From Malacoraja senta (Eukaryota): a stretch of 64,000 bases of DNA. Positions 34,141 through 44,900 of this stretch are shown here, piece by piece. Numbering within the stretch: the first letter of the stretch is position 1; each line of letters begins with the position of its first letter. The DNA is taken from the NCBI GenBank assembly GCA_038087875.1, contig JAXLNO010000529.1, positions 248,001 through 312,000 on the forward strand. Direction: 5' to 3'. The notes under the pieces were generated by a model. That model ran no database searches and was not told where the DNA came from. It saw only the letters and a program-made list of their open reading frames with translations. Position numbers and translations under genes: made by a program.

Positions 34141-35740
34141 AAGTTGCCGAACCAAGCCACGATGCAACCGGTCAGCATGCTCTCTACTGTGCACCTGTAG
34201 AAGTTAGAGAGAGTCGTCCTTGACAAACCGACTCTCCGTAATCTTCTCAGGAAGTAGAGGCGCTGATGTGCTTTCTTAATAATGGCATCATTGTTCTCGG
34301 GCCAGGAAAGATCTTCAGAGATGTGCACACCCAGGCATTTGAAGCTCTTGACCCTTTCAACCATCGACCCGTTGATATAAACGGGACTGTGGGTCCCCAT
34401 CCTACTCCTTCCAAAGTCCACAATCAGTTCCTTGGTTTTGCTGGTGTTGAGGGCCAGGTTGTTGTGCTGGCACCATATGGACAGTTGCTCGATCTCTCTT
34501 CTATACTCTGACTCATCCCCATCAGTGATACGTCCCACAACAGTGGTGTCATCAGCGAACTTGATGATGGAGTTCGCACTATGTCCGGCTATGCAGTCAT
34601 GAGTATAGAGTGAATACAGCAGGGGACTGAGCACGCAGCCTTGAGGTGCTCCCGTGCTATTTGTTATCGAGTCTGACACATTTCCACCAATACGAACAGA
34701 CTGTGGTCTGAGAGTGAGGAAGTCGAGGATCCAATTGCAGAGGGATGCGCAGAGACCCAGTTCTGCGAGTTTGGTAACCAGCTTGGAGGGGATGATTGTG
34801 TTAAATGCCGAGCGGTAATCGATGAATAACAGCCTGACATATGAGTTTTTGTTGTCCAAGTGGTCCAGAGCGGAGTGGAGGGCCAGCGAGATCGCATCCA
34901 CCGTTGATCTGTTGTGGCGGTAAGCGAACTGCAGTGGGTCCAGGTTTTTGTCGAGGTAGGAGTTGATCTGCGTCCTGATCAACCTCTCAAAGCACTTCAT
35001 CACCACAGGCGTTAGTGCCACAGGTCGATAGTCATTGAAGCACGTCACCTTACTCTTCTTGGGCACTGGTATAATTGATGCCCCTTTGAAGCAGGTGGGG
35101 ACCTCAGACCTCAGAAGTGAGAGGTTGAAAATGTCTGTAAAAACTCCAGCTAGTTGGTCTGCACAGGTTTTTAGAACACGACCAGGTATACCATCAGGTC
35201 CAGGCGCTTTTCGAGGGTTCACCCCTCTGAAGGATTTCCTGACGTCGGCCTCTGTGACTGAGACTGAAATACCATCACAGCGAGTGGGGGCTCGGCAAGG
35301 CACATCGGCGTTCTCCCTATCAAAGCGTGCGTAAAACGCATTGAGCTCATCAGGGAGTGATGTTTCGCCGATATTCGAGCTGCCTCCTGATTTCGCCTTG
35401 TAAGAGGTGATTGCATTCAGGCCCTGCCACAGCCGCCGAACATCAGTCTCTTCCTCCAGTTTGGAGCAGAAGTCCATTTTGGCCTTTTTGATGGCCTTAC
35501 CAAGGTCGTATCTGGACTCCTTGTAGGCCACTGTATCATCGGACATGAATGCCCGGTGTCTGGACTTCAGAAGGGTGCGGATCTCAAAGTTCATCCAATG
35601 TTTCTGATTGGGAAACGCTCGGAAGGTTTTGGTGGGGATGCAGTCGTCCACACACTTCTTAATGAAGTCTGTAACGACTGTGGCGTATTCGTTCAGGTCC
35701 GTTGCCGAGTCCTTGAACATTGCCCAGTCTACAGACTCCA
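34141..35740 (-). mobile_element. Rex1/Babar LINE internal fragment with uninterrupted RT (536-aa ORF)
   Basis: ORF 34110-35720 has all RT motifs ([19 protein letters not shown]); near-identical to 1880-3470; both ends truncated. Confidence 0.95.
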
Positions 35741-35944
35741 GGGTTTTTAATGATTATTTTTTTCTGGTGCAACTGGAATTGTGCTGATTCTGTGCTGTAT
35801 CTCCGAACTAAAAGGATGTTTCTACTAGCGGGAGAGTCTCGGACCAGAGGGCACAGTGTCAGAATAAAAGGATGTGTCTTTACTAAAGTGATGATACCCT
35901 AACCTTATCACAACTGAAATTGAATCTGGCTGATGTAAAATGTA

Positions 35945-36545
35945 GAAACAAAGACCGGTAGATGCTGGTTTATACCAAAGATAGACACATTGCTGGAGTG
36001 ACTGAGTGGGTGAGGCAGCATCTCTGGAGAAACAAGTGATTTTGGGATGGAATAGAAGAAGGGTTCTTACCCAAAATATCACCCTCCTTTTCCTCCAGAT
36101 ATGGTGCCTGACCTGCTGAGTTTCTCCAGCACTCTTATCATAGTCTTCTCTATATCCCGCACCTCTGCTCTTACTCCCCATCCCCCTACTCGTAACAAGG
36201 ACACAGTCCCCCATGTCCTCACCTTCCATCCTACCAGCCGTCACATACAACAGATAATCCTCCAACATTATTGCCACCTCCAACGGGATCCCACCACTGG
36301 CCTCATCTTCCCATTCTCCAATTTCAGTGGTTTCTCCCTCCTTCCCCTTCCCAGCTCTCCCACAGTCTTCTGTCTCTGCCTTTTCCTTCCTTTATACCGC
36401 ACCCCCTCCCCAACTTCAGTCTGAAGAAGGGTATCGACCTGAAACGTCACCTAATCCTTCTCTCCATAGATGCTGCCTCACCCGCTGAGTTACTCCAGCA
36501 TTTTTGTCAACCTTCGATTTTTCCAGCATCTGTGGTTCTCTCTTA
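35945..36545 (+). mobile_element. Penelope-like element remnant (ORF piece plus terminal repeat)
   Basis: RNKDTVPHVLTFHPTSRHIQQIILQHYCHLQRDPTTGLIFP resembles the PLE linker between RT and GIY-YIG; hammerhead-like CTGAAGAAGGGTATCGACCTGAAACGTC at 36421-36448. Confidence 0.75.
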
Positions 36546-36819
36546 ATCCACACGGTGGGAGTGTTGACCACAATTTGGATGGGCCTCCAGTGCAGTGGAC
36601 CACCACACGGTGGGAGTGTTGACCACAAATTGGAGCGACCTGTTAGTGAATTCACTGCACATTGGGAGCGCTGTCTACAAATTAGATATTGTGCTCTTTA
36701 CTGCAAAATGGTTCTTTGTTGCTCTGTGACCCTTTACCTTTCCCCGTAATGCACCCATTGCACAGATACCAAATTTAGTAAAAGCCCTGAAACCAGGGAA
36801 GAATTGGGATGAAAATCAA

Positions 36820-37005
36820 GGATCTGCAGGCGCTGGTTTACAAAACAAGACACAAAGTGCTGGAGTAACTCAGCGGGTCAGGCAGCATCTGTGGAGAACA
36901 TGGATAGGTGACGTTTCACAAGAGTGCTGGAGTAACTCAGCGGGTCAGGCAGCATCTGTGGGGAACATGGATAGGTGAGATTTTGGGTTGGGAGCCTCAG
37001 ACTGA
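36820..37005 (-). mobile_element. Penelope-derived repeat with ~67-bp internal duplication
   Basis: AGTGCTGGAGTAACTCAGCGGGTCAGGCAGCATCTGTGG occurs twice. Confidence 0.7.
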
Positions 37006-37224
37006 TTTCTGGGAGTGGTTCCATTTACTTCATGAAGGCAGTGGCAAGAATGAATTTGTCTCCTGGATAGATGTCCAATTGTGTTTTAATTGGGGCACTT
37101 TATGAAGACTGGTTTTCAGTTCATGACTAATTGTTATGATTAAGAAGACAGCGAGGAATTTAAAGTGGTTCTACATTGTACTTGGTTGAGGAAAGTTAAC
37201 GTGAACTAGTTGTTAACCTCTTGT

Positions 37225-37954
37225 GTGAAATGGGGAAGTACAACAGGTTCTAGGGGTCCTTGTTCATCAGTCACTGAAAGTAAGCATGCAGGTACAGCAG
37301 GCAGTGAAGAAAGCCAATGGCATGTTGGCCTTTATAACAAGAGGAGTTGAGTATAGGAGCAAAGAGGTCCTTCTGCAGTTGTACAGGGCCCTAGTGAGAC
37401 CACACCTGGAGTATTATGTGCAGTTTTTGGTCCCCTAATTTGAGGAAGGACATTCTTGCTATTGTAGGTTCACCAGGTTAATTCCCGGGATGGTGGGACT
37501 GTCATATGCTGCGAGAATGGAGCGGCTGGGCTTGTACGCACTGGAATTTAGAAGGATGAGAGGGTATCTTATTGAAACATGTAAGATTATTAAGGTGTTT
37601 GGACACGCTAGAGGCAGGAAACATGTTCCCGATGTTGGGGGAGTCTAGAATCAGGGGCCACACACAGCTTAAGAATAAGGGGTAAGCCATTTAGAACGGA
37701 GATGAGGAAACACTTTTTCTCACAGAGAGTGGTGAGTCTGTGGAATTCTCTGCCTCAGAGGGCGGTGGAGGCAGGTTCTCTGGATACTTTCAAGAGAGAG
37801 ATAGATAGGGCTCTTAAAAATAGTGGAGTCAGGGGATATGGGGAGAAGGCAGGAACGGGGTACTGATTGGCGATGATCAGCCATGATCACATTGAATGGC
37901 GGTGCTGGCTCGAAGGGTGAATGGCCTCTACTCCTGCACCTATTGTCTATTGTC
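37225..37954 (+). mobile_element. CR1 3' fragment
   Basis: Homologous to 27100-27590 and to the reverse complement of 4906-5541. Confidence 0.9.
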
Positions 37955-37979
37955 AAACCCCAACCCTCAACCCTTAACT

Positions 37980-38412
37980 CACTGTGGTCACACACTGGTC
38001 ACTGCGGTCACTGCACCCACACATTGGTCACTGCGGCCACACACTGGTCACTGCGGCCACACACTGGTCACTGCGGCCACACACTGCTCACTGCAGCCAC
38101 ATACTTGTCACTGCGGCCACACACTGGTCACTGCGGTCACTGCACCCACACGCTGGTCACTGCGGCCACTGCGGTCACTGCGGCCACACACTGGTCACTG
38201 CGGCCACACACTGGTCACTGCGGCCACACACTGGTCACTGCGGCCACACACTGGTCACTGCGGCCACACACTGGTCACTGCGGCCACACACTGGTCACTT
38301 CGGCCACACACTGGTCACTGCGGCCACACACTGGTCACTGCGGCCACACACTGGTCACTGTGGCCACACACTGGTCACTGCAGCCACACACTGGTCACTG
38401 CAGCCACACACT
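37980..38412. repeat. 20-bp minisatellite (CACACTGGTCACTGCGGCCA)n, ~21 copies
   Basis: Directly visible tandem array with a few 9-bp variant insertions. Confidence 0.95.
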
Positions 38413-38416
38413 GATC

Positions 38417-38471
38417 TCTGGATCCAGGCTCAGTCTCCGCAGAGGCGAGTGTTTGAATCCCACCACTGCCC
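38417..38471 (+). pseudogene. tRNA-Leu-like 3' two-thirds (degenerate)
   Basis: TCTGGATCCAGGCTCAGTCTCCGCAGAGGCGAGTGTTTGAATCCCACCACTGCC aligns to vertebrate tRNA-Leu(TAG/AAG) GCTGGATTTAGGCTCCAGTCTCTTCGGAGGCGTGGGTTCGAATCCCACCGCTGCC. Confidence 0.6.
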
Positions 38472-38519
38472 AGTGTGTGGGTGCAGTGGCCAGAGTGGTG
38501 TGGTTGACCCTCACACAGT

Positions 38520-38572
38520 GGGCAGTGGTGGGATTCAAACCCTCGCCTCTGCAGAAACAGCCTGGATCCAGA
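38520..38572 (-). pseudogene. tRNA-Leu-like 3' part (degenerate, inverted copy)
   Basis: Reverse complement of 38417-38471 with B-box-like GGTTTGAATCC. Confidence 0.55.
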
Positions 38573-38814
38573 GATCAGTGACCAGTGTGATGGCTGCAGT
38601 GACCAAAGGGTCAGATTTCTGTGCTGTACGACAGTGAGGTGAAGGTCTGTGTAGACTTGCCCATCTGATCGATGTTCCAGTTACAGCCTCATGGACACGT
38701 CCAGAGACTCCCCTCCTCCCCTCTCCTCCCCCTCACACACTCCCTCCCCCTCCCGCCCCGTCCCCTCACACACTCCCTCCCTCCCTCCCTCCCTTCCTCC
38801 CTCCGCCCCAGAGA

Positions 38815-39295
38815 AGTGGCAGGTGGAACATGGTGCAGCAAAGTGTGGAGTCGTGCATGCTGGTTGCAGGAATAAAGGCGCAGACTATTTTGTAAATGGG
38901 GACAGAATTGGGAAATCAGAGGTGTAACTGGTGCAGGATTCCTAAAATGTTCATCTGCGGTCGAATCAGTAGTAACAAAAGCAAACTCAATGCTGGCATT
39001 TATTTACAGAGGGCTTGTGTACAACAGGGATGTATTGGAGACTCTACAAGGTGGGATGTAATGGTGAGACTCTACAAGGTGGGATGTAATGGTGAGATTC
39101 TACAAGGTGGGATGTAATGGTGAGACTCTACAAGGTGGGATGTAACGTTGAGAGTCTACAAGGTGGGATGTAACGTGAGACTCTACAAGGCGCTGGTCAG
39201 GCAGCATTTGGAATATTGGTGAGAAGATTTGGACCCCGTATCTGAGGAAGGATGTGCAGGCTCTGGAGAGAGGGTCCAGTGGAGGTTTACAAGGA
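38815..39295 (+). mobile_element. Old CR1 fragment containing a 28-bp minisatellite (39027-39191)
   Basis: CR1-like GADYFVNG...VMVRLYK...; unit GGGATGTAATGGTGAGACTCTACAAGGT repeated about 6 times (39053, 39081, 39109...). Confidence 0.75.
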
Positions 39296-39436
39296 TTGAC
39301 CTATGACCCCTGACACAAGGTCAAAGGTTACCAATCCCTGGAGGACAAGAACTCGGACCATCGTAGCAGGGAGAAACTCCCCGTGACCCGCGGACAGCAG
39401 GGAACAACAGTTTGGAGGAATGGCCTCAATGGTGTT

Positions 39437-41280
39437 CTCCCCCCTTCCCTGTCCCCCCCTTCACTCTCCCCCTTCCCTCTCCCCCCCTTCCCTCTCCCCC
39501 CTTCCCTTCCCCCCTTCCCCCTCCCCCCTTCCCTCTCCCTCCTCCCTCTCCCACCCTTCCCTCTCCCCCCTTCGCTCCCCCCTTCCCTCTCCCCCCTTCC
39601 GTCTCCACCCTTCCCTCTCCCCCTTCCCACCTCCCCCCTTCCCTCTCTCCTCATTCACTCTCCCCCCTTCCCTCCCCCTTCCCTCTCCCCCCTTCTTCCC
39701 TCCCCCCTCTTCCCTCACCCCCCTCTTCCCTCTCCCCCTCTTCCCTCTCCTCCCCTTCCCTCTCCCCTCCCCCTTCCCTCTCCCATCCCCCTTCCCTCTC
39801 CCATCCCCCTTCCCTGTCCCCCTCCCCCTTCCCCTCTCCCCACCCCCTTCCCTCTCCCCACCCCCTTCCCTCTCCCCTCCCCCTTCCTCTCCCCTCCCCC
39901 TTCCCCTCGCCCTCCCCCCCTTCCCTCTCGCCTCCCCCTTCCCTCTCCCCTTCCCTCTCCCCTCTCCCCTCCCCTTCCCTCTCCCCCCCTTCCCTCTCCC
40001 CCTTCCCTCTCTCCCCCTTCCCTCTCGTCCCCTTCCCTCTCCCCCCTACCCTCTCCCCCTTCCCTCTCCCCCTTCCCTCTCCCCCCTTCCCTCTCCCCCC
40101 TTCCCTCTCCCCCCTTCCTTCTCCCCCTTCACTCTCCCCCCTTCCCTCTCCCCCCCTTCCCTCTCCCCCCTTCCCTCTCCCGCTTCCCTCTCCCCCCTTC
40201 CCGCACCCCCTTCCCTCAACCCCCCTTCCCTCTCCCCCCTTCCCTCTCCCCTTTCCCTCTCGCCCCCTTCCCTATCCCCCCTTTCCCTCTCCCCACTTCC
40301 CTCTCCCCCCTTCCCTCTCCCCCTTCCCTCTCCCCCCGTTCCCTCTCCCCCTTCCCTCTCCCCCTTCCCTCTCCCCCTTCCCTCTCCCCCTTCCCCTCTC
40401 CCCCCTTCCCTCTCCCCACTTCCCTCTCCCCCCTTCCCTCTCCCCCCCTCCATCTCCCCCCTTCCCTCTCTCCCCCTTCCCTACCCATTCCCTCCCCCCT
40501 TCCCCTCCCCCCTTCCCTCCCCCCTTCCCACCCCCCATCCGTTCCCCCTTCCCTCTCCCCCCTTCCCTCTCCCCCCTTCACTCTCCCCCCTTCCCTCTCG
40601 CCCCCTTCCATCTCCCCTTCCCTCTCTCCCCCTTTCCCTCTCTTCCCCCTTTCCCTCACTCCCCCTTCCCTCTCTCCCCCCCTTCCCTCTCCCCCTTTCC
40701 TCCCCCCTTCCCTCTCCCCCTTCCCTCTCCCCCTTCCCTCTTCCCCTTCCCTACCCCCTTCCCTCTCCCCCCACATCCTTCTCCCCATCCTTCTCCCCCC
40801 ATCCTTCTCCCCCCAACCTTCTCCCCCCCATCCTACTCCCCCATCCTACTCCCCACCATCCTACACCCCCCCATCCTACTCCTCCCCATCCCTCTCCCCC
40901 CTTCCCTCTCCCACTTCCCACTCCACCCCCTTCTCTCTCTCCCCCCTTCTCTCTCACCCCCTTCTCTCTCCCCCCTTCTCTCTCCCCCCCTTCTCTCTGC
41001 CCCCCTTCTCTCTCTCCCCCTTCTCTCTCCCCCCCTTCTCACCCCCTTCTCTCTCCCCCTTCTCTTTCCCCCCCATCTCTCTCCCCCCCTTCTCTCTCCC
41101 CCCTTCTCCCTCCGCCCCTTTTCTCTACCCCCTTCTCTCTCCCCCCTTCTCCCCTCTCCCCCTTCTCTCTCCCCCCCTTCTCTCCCTCCCCCCTTCTCTC
41201 CATCCCCCCCTTCTCTCCCTCCCCCCCCGTCTCTCTCTCTCTCCCCTCCCCCTCTCTCTCTCCCCTCCCTCTCTCTCCCC
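39437..41280. repeat. 1.85-kb polypyrimidine low-complexity tract (CCTTCCCTCTCCCC-like units)
   Basis: Almost exclusively C/T on the plus strand. Confidence 0.95.
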
Positions 41281-41747
41281 AACAATCTCGAGCCTGGTGT
41301 TGATCTGTGTCGTGTGCGGACCCCACTACAGGTCTGTTGGGGCTAGAGGGGGAGAGGTGGGGAGGGGCAGTGGATGAGGGAGGGGGGGTGGAACTGCAGG
41401 TACCAGACAACACCACACCCATGTGACCAGGTGCAGCTCCTTAAAGCCCACGTTAGGGAACGAGGAGCAGCTGGTTGACCTCAGGACCATCCTGGAGACA
41501 GAACATCTTGGACAGGACGTGGAGAGAGGTCGTCACGTGGATGCCCAGCACGAGAGAAGGTGGTTCCTCGAGGTAGGGAATGAGACGGTGCTGTGAGACT
41601 CAAGAATGGAGGGTGATGAGGGGAAGTATAAGGGACAGAATAGGCAGCGAGGAAGGCAGAACTGCAGGTGCTGCTTAAACCGGAGACAGACACAAAAAGC
41701 TGGAGTAACTCAGTGGGTCAGGCAGCATTTCTGGAGTAAAGCTGGAG

Positions 41748-41947
41748 NNNNNNNNNNNNNNNNNNNNNNNNNNNNNNNNNNNNNNNNNNNNNNNNNNNNN
41801 NNNNNNNNNNNNNNNNNNNNNNNNNNNNNNNNNNNNNNNNNNNNNNNNNNNNNNNNNNNNNNNNNNNNNNNNNNNNNNNNNNNNNNNNNNNNNNNNNNNN
41901 NNNNNNNNNNNNNNNNNNNNNNNNNNNNNNNNNNNNNNNNNNNNNNN
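41748..41947. other. Assembly gap (200 N)
   Basis: Run of N. Confidence 1.
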
Positions 41948-44900
41948 GGGACTGTGTGGGACTGTGGGGGAATGTGGGGGACTGTGGGGACTGTGGGGAC
42001 TGGGGGGAATGTGGGACTGTGGAGGACTGTGTGGACTGTGGGGGAATGTGGGACTGTGGGGGACTGTGCGACTGTGGGGGAATGTGGGGACTGTGGGGGC
42101 TGTGGGGACTGTGGGGGACTGTGGGACTGTGGGGGACTGTGCAACTGTGGGGGAATGTGGGACTGTGGGGACTGTGTGGGGACTGTGTGGGGACTGTGTG
42201 GGGACTGTGGGGACTGTGGGGGAATGTGGGACTGTTGGGGACTGTGGGGACTGTGGGGAATGTGTTGGACTGTGTGGGACTGTGGGGAATGTGTGGGACT
42301 GTGTGGGACTGTGTGGGACTGTGTGGGACTGTGTGGGACTGTGTGGGACTGTGTGGGACTGTGGGGGACTGTCGGGGACTGTGTGGGAACTGTGGGGACT
42401 GTGGGGACTGTGTTAGACTGTGTGGGACTGTGGGGACTGTGTGGGACTGTGGGGACTGTGTGGGACTGTGTGGGACTGTGGGGACTGTGTGGGGACTGTG
42501 TGGGACTGTGGGGACTGTGTGGGACTGTGTGGGACTGTGGGGGACTGTGTGGGACTGTGGGGGACTGTGTGGGACTGTGTGGGGACTGTGGGGACTGTGT
42601 GGGACTGTGTGGGACTGTGGGACTGTGTGGGACTGTGTGGGACTGTGTGGGACTGTGTGGGGACTGTGTGGGGACTTTGTGGGGACTATGGGGGACCGTG
42701 TGGGGACTGTGTGGACTGTGGGGACTGTGGGACTGTGTGGGGACTGTGTGGGGACTGTGGGACTGTGTGGGGACTGTGTGGACTGTGGGACTGTGGGGGA
42801 CTGTGTGGGGACTGTGTGGGGACTGTGGGACTGTGTGGGGACTGTGTGGGACTGTGTGGGGACTGTGGGGACTGTGGGACTGTGTTGGACTGTGGGGACT
42901 GTGGGACTGTGTGGGGACTGTGGGGGACTGCGGGGACTGTGGGTCTGTGTGGGACTGTGGGACTGTGTGGGGACTGTGGGGCTGTGTGGGGACTGTGGGA
43001 ACTGTGTGGGGACAGTGGGACTGTGTGGGGACTGTGGGACTGTGGGACTGTGGGACTGTGTGGGGACTGTTGGGACTGTGGGACTGTGGGGACTGTGGGG
43101 ACTGTGGGACTGTGTGGGGACTGTGGGACTGTGTGGGGACTGTGGGACTGTGGGGACTGTGTGGGACTGTGGGACTGTGTGGGGACTGTGGGGCTGTGAG
43201 GGGACTGTGGGACTGTGTGGGGACTGTGGGGACTGTGTGGGACTGTGTGGGGACTGTGTGGGACTGTGTGGGGATGTGGGACTGTGGGACTGTGTGGGAC
43301 TGTGGGGAATGTGGGGGACTGTGGGGACTGTGGGGACTGTGAGGGAATGTGGGACTGTGGGGGACTGTGTGGACTGTGGGGGAATGTGGGACTGTGGGGG
43401 ACTGTGCGACTGTGGGGGAATGTGGGGACTGTGGGGGCTGTGGGGACTGTGGGGGACTGTGGGACTGTGGGGGACTGTGCGACTGTGGGGGAATGTGGGA
43501 CTGTGGGGACTGTGTGGGGACTGTGTGGGGACTGTGTGGGGACTGTGGGACTGGGGGGACTGTGGGGACTGTGGGGGAATGTGGGACTGTGGGGGACTGT
43601 GGGGACTGTGGGGAATGTGTGGGACTGTGTGGGACTGTGGGGAATGTGTGGGACTGTGTGGGACTGTGTGGGACTGTGGGACTGTGTGGGACTGTGGGGA
43701 CTGTGTGGGACTGTGGGGACTGTGTGGGACTGTGTGGGGACTGTGGGGACTGTGTGGGACTGTGGGGGTCTGTGTGGGACTGTGTGGGACTGTGGGGACT
43801 GTGTGGGACTGTGGGGACTGTGGGGACTATGTGGGACTGTGGGGACTGTGTGGGGACTGTGGGGACTGTGTGGGACTGTGTGGGACTGTGTGGGACTGTG
43901 GGGACTATGTGGGGACTGTGTGGGACTGTGTGGGACTGTGGGGACTGTGTGGGACTGTGTGGGACTGTGTGGGACTGTGGGGAATGTGTGGGACTGTGGG
44001 GACTGTGTGGGACTGTGGGGGACTGTGTGGGAAATGTGGGGACTGTGGGGACTGTGTTAGACTGTGGGGACTGTGTGGGACTGTGGGGACTGTGTGGGAC
44101 TGTGTGGGACTGTGGGGACTGTGTGGGGACTGTGTGGGACTGTGGGGAGGGACTGTGTGGGACTGTGGGGGTCTGTGTGGGACTGTGGTGGGACTGTGGG
44201 GACTGTGTGGGGACTGTGTGGGACTGTGGGGGACTGTGGGGGACTGTGCGGGACTGTGTGGGACTGTGTGGGGACTGTGTGGGGACTGTGGGGACTGTGT
44301 GGGGACTGTGGGACTGTGTGGGACTGTGTGGGGACTGTGGGGACTGTGTGGGACTGTGGGGACTGTGTGGGACTGTGGGACTGTGTGGGACTGTGGGGAC
44401 TGTGTGTGACTGTGGGACTGTGTGGGACTGTGTGGACTCTGTGGGGACTGTGTGGACTGTGGGGGACTGTGTGGGACTGTGTGGGACTGTGGGGACTGTG
44501 GGACTGTGGGGACTGTGTGGGGACTGTGGGGGACCGTGTGGGGACTGTGGGGACTGTGTGGACTGTGGGGACTGTGGGACTGTGTGGGGACTGTGTGGGG
44601 ACTGTGGGACTGTGTGGGGACTGTGTGGACTGTGGGACTGTGGGACTGGGTGGGGACTGTGGGGGACTGTGTGGTGACTGTGGGGACTGTGGGGACTGTG
44701 TTGGACTGTGGGGACTGTGGGACTGTGTGGGGACTGTGGGGGACTGTGGGGACTGTGGGACTGTGTGGGACTGTGTGGCTGTGGGACTGTGTGGGACTGT
44801 GGGACTGTGTGGGGACTGTGGGGCTGTGTGGGACTGTGGGGAATGTGTGGGGACTGTGGGACTGTGGGGACTGTGGGGTCTGTGGGACTGTGTTGGGACT

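Noticed and set aside
23925..38412. CRISPR-like arrays (66-bp, 55-bp and 20-bp repeats)
   Set aside because: Eukaryotic context, no series of unique spacers and no cas genes.
37883..38637. His/Cys-rich repeat ORFs resembling a metal-binding protein
   Set aside because: A 20-bp minisatellite read in all three frames; the unit is not a multiple of 3.
39383..41377. 600+ aa Pro/Ser/Leu-rich (extensin-like) ORFs
   Set aside because: A C/T-only tract cannot form stop codons, so all three frames are open.
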